From an uncultured Verrucomicrobiae bacterium (GTDB lineage Bacteria > Verrucomicrobiota > Verrucomicrobiia > Chthoniobacterales > Terrimicrobiaceae): DNA of 64,000 bases. Made by a program: the position numbers and the translations under genes. The notes below the pieces were generated by a model, which made no database searches, was not told the origin of the DNA, and saw only the letters and a list, made by a program, of their open reading frames with translations. The stretch lies in assembly GCA_963706955.1 (NCBI GenBank), contig CAVPOC010000009.1:69339-133338 (forward strand), in the 5' to 3' direction. Shown in pieces: positions 21,193 through 31,540 of this stretch (the stretch's first letter is position 1; each line of letters starts with the position of its first letter).

Positions 21193-22536
21193 TCATTTGC
21201 TTAGCGAGTTCTTGTAGATCTGGCCATCCTTCATGATGACGAGGAAGTTCTTGTCCGGGTCTTCGATTAGCTTGATGTTGGCGATCGGGTCGCCATCTAC
21301 GAGCAGAAGGTCGGCGAGGGCGCCCTCCTCGACCACGCCCAGCTTGCCGGGGTATGGATTGCGCTTCCCGGACAGTGCAAGCAGTTGGGCGTTGGTTCCG
21401 GTCGCCATGACGAGCGCTTCGGCTGGGGTGAACCACTGGACCAGCTTCGCCAGCAGCTCGCCTTGGCGCTGCGCCAGTTGCTCGGAGAACAAGATATCGG
21501 TGCCGAAGGCCGTCTTGAGCTTATACTTCTTCGCCAGCGAAAAGGTTCTGTCGGTGCCAGCGAACACCTCCAATGCCTTGGCCCGCTCGGTCGAGCCAGG
21601 CGGAAACGCGTCGGCCATTTCGTCGGAAAACGCCTGAGTGCTCAGCCAGATTTCCTTCTCGGCGATCAACCTGGCCGTGGGTTCGTCCATGAGGTGGCCG
21701 TGTTCGATGCACTTTACGCCGGCGTCGATTGCCCGCCGGATCGAAGCGGGCGTATAGGCATGCACGGTCACATACGTGCCCCAGTTCTCGGCAGCCTCAA
21801 CAGCCGCGCGCAACTCGGCTTCGGTGAAGGTGGACGCATCGAGCGGGCTGTGCGGCGACGCGACACCTCCCCCTGCTGTCAGCTTGATCTGCGAGGCGCC
21901 CAGCATGAGCTGCTCGCGCACGCGGACGCGCACCTCGTCCGGACTATCTGCGATCATCGCAGCACCGAGCTGTTCGCCGCGCGATAGCGGGGCACCGAGG
22001 GTGCGCGGGACTTCGAACGGCTGCCGGAAGTCGCCGTGGCCACTGGTGATGGTGATTATGGCGCCGGCTGGATAGATGCGCGGGCCGGGGACGATGCCTT
22101 CGTCGATGGCACGCTTGAGTCCGAACGCCGGCCCGCCCAGATCGCGAACGGTTGTGAATCCGCGCATCAGCGTGGCCGTCGCCTCGGCGCCTGCCACGAG
22201 GTTGAGGTGGCCGATGTCGCCGGCGAGCAGCGCTGCAGGTGTCGGCCGCACCAGCATCGTGTGCCAGTGCACGTCGATCAGCCCGGGCATCAGCGTTCGT
22301 CCGCTACCGTCGATGAGCACGGTGCTGGCGCTTCCATCAGTTGGGATCGGATCCGCGGAAATGCGCTCGATCTTGTTGCCGCGCACCAGGACGTTTTGCG
22401 GTTCCGAAAGAAAGCCGCTCTTGCCGTCGAAGATTCGGACATTCTGAAACAGCGTTGCGCCCGGTGGTGCCGTTTGTGCATGGAGCGAGGCGGTGAGTGC
22501 CCAAAGCACGACAAGGACGATCGACCTGATGATCAC
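21193..22536 (-). CDS. Secreted amidohydrolase family protein (Xaa-Pro dipeptidase-like)
   Basis: GTG start after GAAGGA, signal peptide, PGLIDVHWH, GFTTVRDLGG, HAY, IEHG, FGTD. Confidence 0.88.
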   Translation of the reverse strand: MIIRSIVLVVLWALTASLHAQTAPPGATLFQNVRIFDGKSGFLSEPQNVLVRGNKIERISADPIPTDGSASTVLIDGSGRTLMPGLIDVHWHTMLVRPTPAALLAGDIGHLNLVAGAEATATLMRGFTTVRDLGGPAFGLKRAIDEGIVPGPRIYPAGAIITITSGHGDFRQPFEVPRTLGAPLSRGEQLGAAMIADSPDEVRVRVREQLMLGASQIKLTAGGGVASPHSPLDASTFTEAELRAAVEAAENWGTYVTVHAYTPASIRRAIDAGVKCIEHGHLMDEPTARLIAEKEIWLSTQAFSDEMADAFPPGSTERAKALEVFAGTDRTFSLAKKYKLKTAFGTDILFSEQLAQRQGELLAKLVQWFTPAEALVMATGTNAQLLALSGKRNPYPGKLGVVEEGALADLLLVDGDPIANIKLIEDPDKNFLVIMKDGQIYKNSLSK

Positions 22537-22815
22537 GATTGGTGTTCCTTCACTTCGGCAGTTCGAGAACCGGTCTTCTGGCTTTGCGCGCGACCCGGAG
22601 CACGGCCGCGATCTTGCAGGTTCGTATGGTGCGAGATCGTAACGCCCAACAAGTGATTTGTGATCGAACCGATGTCCAAGATTTGCGCGGTTAGCGGACG
22701 TTTTCATGGTGGAAGGGAAGTCGATGTTGGGCCCTGATCAAAAACTTGTAAATGTTCGGTTAAATTGCGGCAAATTGCTGCTATCCACCCGATGGAAGGT
22801 GAACCCTTCCCACCG

Positions 22816-24168
22816 TTACGGAGCCCGGCTCACTCCGTCTGGTATCACCTGGACTTGGGTGGACAGTTTATAGCTGTGGCCGGTGGGGGCTGTCAGTTCT
22901 ACTTCCGCCAAGAACGCGGTGAAGCCTTCGGCGGACTTGGAAACATTTGCGCTGGCTCGGTTGCCGCCCGGGTGAATCTTCAACTCGCGGGTGGTCCATT
23001 TTGCGTCCCGAAAATCGCGGTCTACCGAATGCGCAGTCCAGAGACGAATTTTGCTGGCGGGTTGATCGACTCTGACGGTGAGGCCCGCGGCGCCGTCCGT
23101 GCCATCGCGCAGTTCCCATTCGACCTTCGGTAACGGCTGATGATCGGCGATCATTTGAAACCATGCGGCCAACGTTTGCCACGCGTCAGGGCCAAGATCG
23201 TGCCCAGCGTTCGGCGTTTGGAAGACCAGTTTCGGCTCCGGCAGATCGCTCCAGTAGTGACGCAGCGAGTCTACGACCCAATAAGGATCGTTGGTGCCGA
23301 GCAACAGGAGCTTCGGCATCGTGTAGCTCCGCCGGTAGCTGTAGGGATCGACCCAAGCGCGCAGCGTTTGCATGGGCGGATCGTCCAACTTCTGGTGCAG
23401 GTTGAGATCGGTATACTCGCTAATCTCATCGCTCTGCTGGCCGTACATCTTCTCCGTCCAGTCGAGCTGCGCCTTCATGTTCAGCATGTCGATGACCATT
23501 GGCGCAATGCCGACAACGCGAGTGTCCACCGCAGCCGTCAACCAGCTCGTCCAACCTCGTTTGGACGCGCCGGATACGACGAAGCGCTCGATCGTCTGAT
23601 CGAATTCCTGCCTAACGAAGCTTTGGAGGGTATCCATGGCGCGTATGGCGCTCTTCACCATTGGGAAGAGCAGTGGCCAGGTCTGATCGCCGGTTTTCAA
23701 ATACTGGTCGAAAGTAAATGCGATCAAGGCGTCCTCCTTGAGACCATCGTAGAGTGGTTGGTTCGGCACCTTGCTGAGAATGGCGACGACCGCACCGGCC
23801 CGTTGCGCCACTTTAAGGAACCGGTCGGCTTCTTTTTCGTCCCGCGCATTGTAGCTATCGTCAGCGATGAAGAGCATGGCAATGTCAGGGTGGCGCAGGG
23901 TGGTTGGCCGAACCACGAGCAAGTCATGACTCCAGAAATGTCCGCGCCACGTTTGGGACATGACTTCCAGGTGCGCAAGGGTGGCATCCTTGATCTTCTT
24001 CTGGTCAGTTTGCTTCCAGGCAAACGATGCGTCCGGTTCGTGGACATAGTTTTCCAGAGCGTTCGCCAAGCAATCGGACATAGAGAGCATCCCCATCAGC
24101 AATAGTCCTACGGCAAGAAACCGTCCGCGGGTGCTCGACGAAACCCGACTGAACGAGAGGTCGAACAT
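22816..24168 (-). CDS. PhoPQ-activated pathogenicity-related (PqaA) family protein
   Basis: Signal peptide, SQTWRG, VPNQPL, EDALIA, GASKRGWTSW, DPYSY, PNAGH. Confidence 0.88.
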   Translation of the reverse strand: MFDLSFSRVSSSTRGRFLAVGLLLMGMLSMSDCLANALENYVHEPDASFAWKQTDQKKIKDATLAHLEVMSQTWRGHFWSHDLLVVRPTTLRHPDIAMLFIADDSYNARDEKEADRFLKVAQRAGAVVAILSKVPNQPLYDGLKEDALIAFTFDQYLKTGDQTWPLLFPMVKSAIRAMDTLQSFVRQEFDQTIERFVVSGASKRGWTSWLTAAVDTRVVGIAPMVIDMLNMKAQLDWTEKMYGQQSDEISEYTDLNLHQKLDDPPMQTLRAWVDPYSYRRSYTMPKLLLLGTNDPYWVVDSLRHYWSDLPEPKLVFQTPNAGHDLGPDAWQTLAAWFQMIADHQPLPKVEWELRDGTDGAAGLTVRVDQPASKIRLWTAHSVDRDFRDAKWTTRELKIHPGGNRASANVSKSAEGFTAFLAEVELTAPTGHSYKLSTQVQVIPDGVSRAP

Positions 24169-24610
24169 GCGTCAATACAGTGACGTCCCATCGCCTCGTC
24201 AAGTTGAAGCGGCGCGCGAGCCTTGCGTTGCGAACAGCTTTGCTGCGATGTCTCTGTCCCCCCGGCCTTGCGATGCCAGGGTCTCCAAGAGTTCGATTCT
24301 GGTGGTTTTAAGGCCAAACGCTTTCATTATCACAAAGCGTTCGAGCCCTGATAGGGAAGATGACCGTCGCAATGCAACTAGGCACAGGGCGACCCGTCCA
24401 ATCAGGTCAAGGCGCACGCCTCGCAGGAGCTCCCCTGAACTTATATGAGACTGGCCTAAGAGTGATTCTGTTCTTTTGCCAGGCTATGCGGAAGCTATCT
24501 GAGCACATATGGGACAGAGGAGGTGCGTGCCGCTGGTAAAGGTTCAGCGAATCGCGCATCCTTTGGCGCCCATACCTCTGCGCCCACATGCGGCAAACAT
24601 TCGACTATCT

Positions 24611-25051
24611 TCAAGCCTTCTCGGAGGGGGACCGCAAGCGGTCAAGGACTTCCAACATCGCTGGGGCCAGATCCGTGTGGTGATGCGTCATCTTCCACAC
24701 TCCAGCTTCTCGCTGATAAATGTTCGTCACCCGAACCTCGCCGGCGACCTTCTCTCCGCCCAGTTTGAACTCTGGACACTCAACGCCGACTTCGTAGGCG
24801 ACATCGCCGAGAACGCGGATGAGTTGGTCCTTTAGTTCAACTCTCCCGTCGGAGGCACCTTGGGCCACTTGTTCCCACGATTCCCGAACCTCGTTCCATC
24901 CCACCTGCCGGCCTCCGATTGGATGCATCGTCGTGACCCCCGGGCCGTGCGACCAAATATCGGAAAGGGGCTGAGCGTCGCCATTGAGCATACGGTTCAG
25001 TGCAGCGTAGAACTGCGTTGATGCATTTCGGACTTCGTCTTCTGCGGACAT
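24611..25051 (-). CDS. SnoaL/NTF2-like (DUF4440) protein
   Basis: FYAALN, VTTMHPIGG, RVTNIYQRE.G.WKMTHHH. Confidence 0.85.
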   Translation of the reverse strand: MSAEDEVRNASTQFYAALNRMLNGDAQPLSDIWSHGPGVTTMHPIGGRQVGWNEVRESWEQVAQGASDGRVELKDQLIRVLGDVAYEVGVECPEFKLGGEKVAGEVRVTNIYQREAGVWKMTHHHTDLAPAMLEVLDRLRSPSEKA

Positions 25052-25764
25052 GAGATGACCTTCTGTTGTGGTAATAATTTAAGGCGCCGCCAGGCGCCTA
25101 ACGTAGGCGACTAGAATTGCTCCTTTCCCAGATCGTCAAGAATAATGCTCCGCCTTGCCCTTAATGGCGGAACCATTCCTGCAACTTACGCGCGGGGAGC
25201 TTTGACGCGCGCCATCGAGGTATCATTCGCTGCGACAAGGGAACTTGCCGTCATTTTCCCCCGAGGTCCAGAAAGGCTCGGCACCGCCGTTGAGAGCATA
25301 AAGCAAGAAACGCCGGCCGACCGTCTAAAACCGGCCCGAGAGTTCAACCTATTCCCCAGATTTAAGCTGTTGGCCGCTAGTCCAGACAAAAAATAGCCGG
25401 CGGAGGCCTATTCATCCAGCGGCCGCCGGCCAGCTGCTTCCGGCGAGACGCCCGGAAGCGGCACGCCGGCACGCGTGCGCTTGCCGGAACGAGCCACGCA
25501 CTCGCGATATAAACGTTCTTTCGTCCCGGGTAAGAGATACGGCTGCGTGAAGTCGTTCGGGTAAGCGCCAACGGCGCGCTCTCATGACAGCCTGGGGCAC
25601 CGCAGGCCGCCCAGATACCATGCACACAAACAAGGACAGCGCCGCACGCCCGATTCCATTGTTGTAGCGGCGGCGTCCCCGCCGCCGAAGGCCTGGCGCG
25701 GAGCGCCTGCGGGCGTCGACGTCCTCGATCACCGCAGTCCGCGTCCTGCTTGAGACGCGCACCG

Positions 25765-25854
25765 ATGAATCGCGCTTTCAGCGCGCGGGTTACGAGATGA
25801 CCGTATTTCCTAGGCGCGTGCCCTAGGCTTGGACTCAAGCTTCGCCCTTGGCGA
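25765..25854 (+). repeat. About 90-bp structured intergenic repeat, copy 1
   Basis: ATGAATCGCGCTTTCAGCGC...TCCTAGGCGCGTGCCCTAGGCT...CGCCCTTGGCG; aligns with 33838-33927. Confidence 0.65.
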
Positions 25855-25897
25855 GGTCAATGGAGAAGCTCTCGTGGGCGAGCTATTGGATCGCCAC

Positions 25898-26491
25898 TCA
25901 TCCTGCCCGCTGACGCTTTCTAAAGGCCGATACTTTCGCCCGGTTGCCACAGACCGCCGTGCTGCAGAACAGTCGCCGGTGCGCCTTGGTACGGTCCAGA
26001 AACCAGAGGGTACATCCCGGTCCGGCGCACTGCCTAAGGAGCGATGGATGCTCTTGTGTGACTAAGGCGGCGATCTGCGTCGCTACCAAGCCAACCAGTG
26101 CGTTCGCAGCCTCGATGCAAGGGCGCTCGACCACTCTCAGAGTTGCGCCGGCCCGGACTACCTCTCGTCGAACCGGATCCCGCTCGAGCAACTTGTTTAA
26201 CGCAACGATCTCGGCCTGATAGTCACCTTGAGGAGCGATTAGCCAGTGTGACAGCCAGTGCCGTGCCCACTCGCGGATTCGGCGTGCTTCCGCCGCACTG
26301 GCGTCCAGGGCTTTGATGCCAAAGCGGCGCACGACCTTCGAGGCCGTTGCACGGTCCAATAGCTTGGCAGTCACCAGCCAGTCGAGGAAAGCCCTGCCGT
26401 CGCTGATCGTTTCGATAGGCGTGCCCTGCGGCGCCAAGGCGGTGTTGAGAAAGTCGACAGCCGGATGGCTGCCGAGGAAAAGCGGACGCAT
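25898..26491 (-). CDS. CGNR zinc finger / ABATE domain protein (putative transcription factor)
   Basis: AVDFLNT (ABATE), C-x4-C...FLDRTKAHRRLFCS...CGNRAKV..FR. Confidence 0.92.
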   Translation of the reverse strand: MRPLFLGSHPAVDFLNTALAPQGTPIETISDGRAFLDWLVTAKLLDRATASKVVRRFGIKALDASAAEARRIREWARHWLSHWLIAPQGDYQAEIVALNKLLERDPVRREVVRAGATLRVVERPCIEAANALVGLVATQIAALVTQEHPSLLRQCAGPGCTLWFLDRTKAHRRLFCSTAVCGNRAKVSAFRKRQRAG

Positions 26492-26527
26492 GGCTAATGT
26501 GGGAGTACGTGAAGATTACGGAAAGAG

Positions 26528-26601
26528 TGTAACCTACAAACATATGTTTGACAAGTTACTAACTCACTGTAACCTTTATTAAACTCTATAACAGGTTACA
26601 G
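26528..26601. promoter_or_regulatory. Two tandem inverted-repeat operators, TGTAACCT-N15-ACARGTTAC
   Basis: GTAAC 26529-33 with GTTAC 26555-59, and GTAAC 26569-73 with GTTAC 26595-99; both spacers 21 nt, period 40 nt, in an AT-rich divergent gap. Confidence 0.75.
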
Positions 26602-26619
26602 CACCAACCCCAAACCAAC

Positions 26620-27744
26620 ATGAAAGGAATCGCTATGAACTCCCATCGCCTTGCCGGTCTGTCCCTAATCACGTGTTTGGCGACCGCACTGCACGTCGCG
26701 CCGGCGCAAACGCAAATCGGCACCGATACGCCGACGCACGTCTCCACCGCTCCTCTCGGCGCCGGCTCCCCAATCCATTACCGGACGGTGCAGATCGGCG
26801 GTCTGGATCTTTTCTATCGGGAGGCAGGCCGGCCCAATGCTCCGGTTGTTCTGCTGCTGCACGGCTTTCCGGCATCATCCTTCATGTTCCGCGACTTGAT
26901 TCCGCAGCTCTCTGATCGTTTCCGCGTAATCGCACCTGATTATCCCGGCTTCGGCTACAGCGCCGCGCCAGCCACCGAGGACTATGCCTACACCTTCGAT
27001 CGTCTGACCGACGTGATCGCGAAGTTCACCGATCGGCTCGGGCTGAACAAATACGCCATCTACATGCAGGACTTCGGCGGCCCAGTGGGGTTCCGTCTTG
27101 CGACCAGTCGGCCCGAAAAGGTGTCCGCCCTGATTGTCCAGAACGCCAATGCCTACGAACAAGGCCTGCCCGACAGCTTTTGGACGCCCGCCCGGAGGTT
27201 GTGGGAGGATCCCTCTCCAGCGAATTTCGCAAAGATAGCTGAGGCTGCGATCTCGGACTCCGCGCTCGAATGGAACTACACCCACGGAGTCAAGGACCCA
27301 ACGAAGGTCAGCCCGGACAGCTGGGTACTGCAACGCGCGTTGGTCAACCGTGCCGGCAACAAAGAGATCATGCTGGCCTTGCTCTACGACTACCGGACCA
27401 ATCTAGATCATTACGCAAAGTGGCAGGAGTACTTTCGTAAGCACCAGCCGCCGATGCTGATCGTCTGGGGCAAAAGCGATGTTATCTTCCCCGCCCCAGG
27501 CGCACACGCCTACCTGCACGATCTACCGGAGGCAGAGCTCCACTTACTAGATTCCGGACACTTTGCGCTCGAAGACAAGGTGGAAGAGATCGCGCGGTAC
27601 ATGCGCGACTTCCTCGACCGAAAGCTCCCGCGCCGGGAATCCGATATTTTCACAGCCTTGCCCAACGCGTCATTTCGAGCCGCACCCGCCAGTCTGGTAC
27701 CAGGGATGATTCGGCAATGGAGCCGCTGCGACCCCGTGGAATGA
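26620..27744 (+). CDS. Alpha/beta hydrolase (epoxide hydrolase/haloalkane dehalogenase-like) with signal peptide
   Basis: LLHGFP, APDYPGFGYS, QDFGGP (Asp nucleophile), GHFALE. Confidence 0.9.
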   Translation: MKGIAMNSHRLAGLSLITCLATALHVAPAQTQIGTDTPTHVSTAPLGAGSPIHYRTVQIGGLDLFYREAGRPNAPVVLLLHGFPASSFMFRDLIPQLSDRFRVIAPDYPGFGYSAAPATEDYAYTFDRLTDVIAKFTDRLGLNKYAIYMQDFGGPVGFRLATSRPEKVSALIVQNANAYEQGLPDSFWTPARRLWEDPSPANFAKIAEAAISDSALEWNYTHGVKDPTKVSPDSWVLQRALVNRAGNKEIMLALLYDYRTNLDHYAKWQEYFRKHQPPMLIVWGKSDVIFPAPGAHAYLHDLPEAELHLLDSGHFALEDKVEEIARYMRDFLDRKLPRRESDIFTALPNASFRAAPASLVPGMIRQWSRCDPVE

Positions 27745-27786
27745 GGGTCTCGGAGGGCAATCAATGAGCCGGTGTCACGACGCTCT

Positions 27787-28239
27787 TCAAGCGCTCTTTG
27801 ATCCCTTCTGAGAGCGGGCGGGGCGAGCGACAATTCGCGCCGACGTGTTCAGTTCCACTGCCGCGCGAATGAGCGCCTTCAACGCCTTTTCATCAATCTT
27901 GTCGCCCTCGTGGAAATCGATGGCACGCCTGGTGTTGCCTTCGAGGCTGGAGTTGAAGAGGCCCGAGGGGTCCTTCAACGAGGCGCCCTTGGCGAAGGTC
28001 ATCTTCACGACATTCTTGTACGTCTCACCGGTGCAAATGATTCCGGAATGCGACCACACCGGAACCCCTCTCCACTTCCACTCCTCGACCACTTCAGGAT
28101 CAGCCTGCTTGACGAGATTCCGGACCCGAGCAAGCGTCTCCGCTCGCCAATCATTCAGCTCCTTGATTCTCGCATTGATCAGCTGAGACGCTGAGTCTCC
28201 TCCTTTTGCTTCCTTCGAGCCGCTCGTCCTCTTCTTCAT
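27787..28239 (-). CDS. DUF1801 (YdhG-like) protein
   Basis: DWRAETLARVR, EEWKWRGVPVW, CTGETYK, GNTRRAIDF. Confidence 0.88.
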   Translation of the reverse strand: MKKRTSGSKEAKGGDSASQLINARIKELNDWRAETLARVRNLVKQADPEVVEEWKWRGVPVWSHSGIICTGETYKNVVKMTFAKGASLKDPSGLFNSSLEGNTRRAIDFHEGDKIDEKALKALIRAAVELNTSARIVARPARSQKGSKSA

Positions 28240-28337
28240 GGTCGTTGTCGGTCGCTCGTCACTTGAGTATCGCTAGTCAGCACCTGGTCCCTCCGCATCT
28301 CGTTTCCATCAGGCCCTTAAAAATCTGACCAGGCGGA

Positions 28338-29321
28338 TCACGTTGGGTCTGGTCTCGATTGCGGATCCATGGATCTCAGTTCCTCGGCCGCGATACCGAA
28401 CAATTCGTCCGCTGAACCGACCGCCACAAAATGGCCGGCTCCCTCCACTGGATGCCAGACCGCTCCAGGCATTTGGTCCGCCACCCGTTTATTGATGGCA
28501 GCTGGAACAAGTCGATCATCCATTCCTTGCCACATATGGACTCGCCGTTCGATCTTCCTCACGTCGAAAGCCCAACTCCGATAGAGAAGTTCACTGTCGC
28601 GCACTAGCCCGTCGCTACCTTGAGCGAAGCACTCGGCGCTTGTTTCAGCGAAGGCGGTTTCGACATCCGGTCGAAGCAAAATCTGTCGATCGTAGTCGTT
28701 GACGGCTTTTCGCAGTTGTTTGATGTAGGTCTGGCGGAAGTGTTCGGCCGTTATGTGAATCGCCGCATACATGAGGCGGAAGCCAGGTTCAAAATGCAGG
28801 GCGAGAAATCCCCCCAGCGCGTCGATCTTAGAAAGGTAATTCTTTGCCCAGTTGTCACCAAATGTCCCGTAGCTTCCACCCGCGATGCTGCTGACGTGGC
28901 GCAGTCGAAGGGGATCAATGTAAGCAGCTGCCGCCAGTGCCCATGGGCCACCCTCCGACCAGCCTGTCACTCCGAATTCGTGATAGCCTAACGCGTCGGC
29001 GATCGTTGTCATATCGTCGGCCCAGCCAGAGTAGCTGCGTCCTTTTTGAGGACTGGATTGGCCTATGCCGGGGCGGTCCACGCATACGAGTCGTAACCGA
29101 CTTTTCGATGCTGAATTTGCGAAGAGGCGTGCCTCAAACCGGCTACTGGGTCCACCATGATTATGGATAACGAGCGGCCCGTGCGGATCTCCAACTTCCA
29201 GATAGGCGAGATTACGGCCGTCTTGGGTTGCTACGGTCTTTGTTGCTTCGACGGGAGGTATTGCGGAACGCGAGCCGGAAACTGGCTCGTCACTTCGCGA
29301 TTCACTTTCGGTGTCATCCAT
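28338..29321 (-). CDS. Alpha/beta hydrolase
   Basis: HGGPSSR, DRPGIG, GWSEGG nucleophile elbow, GAGHF. Confidence 0.9.
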   Translation of the reverse strand: MDDTESESRSDEPVSGSRSAIPPVEATKTVATQDGRNLAYLEVGDPHGPLVIHNHGGPSSRFEARLFANSASKSRLRLVCVDRPGIGQSSPQKGRSYSGWADDMTTIADALGYHEFGVTGWSEGGPWALAAAAYIDPLRLRHVSSIAGGSYGTFGDNWAKNYLSKIDALGGFLALHFEPGFRLMYAAIHITAEHFRQTYIKQLRKAVNDYDRQILLRPDVETAFAETSAECFAQGSDGLVRDSELLYRSWAFDVRKIERRVHMWQGMDDRLVPAAINKRVADQMPGAVWHPVEGAGHFVAVGSADELFGIAAEELRSMDPQSRPDPT

Positions 29322-29409
29322 TTTTCGGTCCGATGATGCTTAGCGCGCAAGCGTCAGAGTCTTTCCTTGGATGTGCCTGATCATGGCGAGGATTGAATAA
29401 CAATCCCGC

Positions 29410-29640
29410 TCACATTCGTTCGCCGGGCAATTGGCTGGCTTGCTTCACCCAATCGGCGAATTGAGCCTCGTCGAGCTGGTCGTCCTCGCGGATGTCGAGG
29501 TAGCGCGTCTCCTTGGTTTTCGACTCGCCGCGGGGACAGGAAGCAGCGACGTGCCGCGGAAGAAAGCCACCTTGACGTACTTCGTGAAGCAATGGATGCC
29601 GAGGAACCAGCCCTGGCCTTCGACTCCGTTGAGCGGCTCC
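29410..29640 (-). pseudogene. DUF1801-like protein, C-terminal fragment with frameshift
   Basis: GQGWFLGIHCFTKYVKVAFFRGTSL shifts frame into GESKTKETRYLDIREDDQLDEAQFADWVKQASQLPG; N-terminus absent. Confidence 0.75.
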
Positions 29641-29667
29641 AGCCCATTGATAGGCTTCGCCCCTCGG

Positions 29668-30618
29668 CTACTCCAGCGGGATGTGGCTCTTATTTCGTGC
29701 GAGCCACTCATCGAACGTTTGCAGCGTCGGGTTCAGCCCACGAGCGACCGCAACGTTGCGAGCCCCGCAGTAGATCTCATTGAAGTCGCGCTTGAACTGA
29801 AACATGTTGCCGAGGTCCTCCGCCCCGGGGAAACCGAGGCTGCGGTACACTTCCGCTGTCATATCGTTGTACCGCACCTCCTCTCCAAGGGCCCGCGTCA
29901 ACGCCGTGGCCATCTCCGTGCCCGTCAGGTGCTCGCCGGCGACGCCGATGGTCTTGCCGATCAACTCATCGCCCTTTTGAAATATGCCATAGACGCACTT
30001 GCCGATATCCTCGGCGGCGATGCCCGGCAGCCTCTTATCGCCCATCGGCAGTGTGATCGCCAGCGTGCCGTCCGGACCCCTCTTCGGGCCCATCCCGAAG
30101 TGGATGAAGTTGTCCCAATAAAACGAAGTCAGCAGGAACGTCGCGGGCACGCCGATGTCAGTGAACAAGTGATTGGCCTCGCCCTTGGCGTCGAAGTGCG
30201 GCACCTTGTACTTGCCCGTGAGGGTCGGCATGCGGTTGTCGCTCAGTGGCACCCATTGGCGCGTATCCTCGAACGTGGACCAGATGACGTGCTCGAGGCC
30301 GGCCTCCTTCGCCGCACGCGCCATGTTCGCCGCTTGGGCTATCTCTTTCTCAGGCGAGAAGTGCTCCCAGAAGTTGGTTACACAGAAGGCGCCGTCGGCG
30401 CCTTCAAATGTCCTTTTCAGACTCTCTATCTCATCAAGGTTAGCGGCAACAACCTCGGCACCAAGCTTGGCCAACTCTGTCGCCTTGTCCGAGTTGACGT
30501 TTCTCGTTAGTGCGCGCGCGGTGAAGCCGCTATCAACATCGCTCAAGATGGCACGGACTAAGCCGCCACCCTGCGCGCCGGTTGCACCTACCACAGCGAT
30601 TGTCTTCTTTTCTGCCAT
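29668..30618 (-). CDS. NmrA/HSCARG family protein
   Basis: VVGATGAQGG, RALTRN, VTNFWE, VPHFDAK. Confidence 0.92.
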   Translation of the reverse strand: MAEKKTIAVVGATGAQGGGLVRAILSDVDSGFTARALTRNVNSDKATELAKLGAEVVAANLDEIESLKRTFEGADGAFCVTNFWEHFSPEKEIAQAANMARAAKEAGLEHVIWSTFEDTRQWVPLSDNRMPTLTGKYKVPHFDAKGEANHLFTDIGVPATFLLTSFYWDNFIHFGMGPKRGPDGTLAITLPMGDKRLPGIAAEDIGKCVYGIFQKGDELIGKTIGVAGEHLTGTEMATALTRALGEEVRYNDMTAEVYRSLGFPGAEDLGNMFQFKRDFNEIYCGARNVAVARGLNPTLQTFDEWLARNKSHIPLE

Positions 30619-31117
30619 CTTGAATCCTCCTAATCCTCATGAACGTGGAAAAGCGTTGGACGAAGCCTCAAGTGATTAAGCTTACCCGTTCATCTCCGGG
30701 GTTTGCGTGGTTAGCAACGCGTTCTCGGTTGTCGATCGCGGTTGGCACCAGCGCTGAGATGAAAGCAGTTCGGGTGCGAAGTGAAAAGAGTTGTTTACTT
30801 ACAAAGGGAGTTTGATGCCTGCAGTTGGCGCTGTGTGCCGAGCAATGTCGCCACAATCCGCCCTGGGCAGGACGACCCTAAGACGTCCGAGAATGGCCCG
30901 ATGTCTTCGAGATCACCTCAGCTCGACGACTCGGAGCGCGAGCTCACCGACGAGGAGCGAAGGGCGTTTTCGCGAGCAAGTAAGGCGCCTTCGCGAATCG
31001 TTTCAACAGCGGATCCGAACCGATAGCGGTCGTGAGTTCCTCGCCAAGAAACCCTTCCTTGTCGCCATCTGAGGAAAAAGATCTAATGTTGTCGCAAACT
31101 GGAGAGAAAATTTCGGT

Positions 31118-31402
31118 ATGTACAAGTTCTTAATCACCATTAAACTGCAGCCAGGAACAAGGGACAAAATTCTGGAAGCAGCACCTGAGGTCCAAAAAGA
31201 AACCCGGACTGAAGAGGGTTGTCTATCCTATGACTTTTTCACTTGTACCGATGACCCGAATAGACTGGTCTTTATTGAATGCTTTACATCCAAAGCAGCG
31301 CACGGGCTGCACTGCGAACAGGATTATACAAAAGAATTCATAGCATTTCATGAGCAGTTTCACGAATCATTAACATTTGAAACGGTGAGTATTGCTGAAT
31401 AA
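31118..31402 (+). CDS. Putative quinol monooxygenase (ABM/YgiN family)
   Basis: ETRTEEGCLSYD, FIECF, H; visibly more AT-rich than flanks. Confidence 0.85.
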   Translation: MYKFLITIKLQPGTRDKILEAAPEVQKETRTEEGCLSYDFFTCTDDPNRLVFIECFTSKAAHGLHCEQDYTKEFIAFHEQFHESLTFETVSIAE

Positions 31403-31540
31403 ACAGCTCCCCGAAGTCGATCCGGCCGCGGCCCTCTACTTGCGGGCCATTGTGTTCACTCAGGGACAGCGGCGACTTCGATCACTGGGCCGCTGACAGC
31501 GTGGGGCTATCGCACATCGGTCTTCCTTGAATCGGACGCA

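Noticed and set aside
25096..25102. GTTAGGC core upstream of the SnoaL gene as a second cassette boundary
   Set aside because: No matching R'' or attC hairpin found downstream of the gene; a 7-mer alone is expected by chance
25440..25560. ChrB-like peptide RKNVYIASAWL
   Set aside because: Too short, and the surrounding sequence does not continue the similarity
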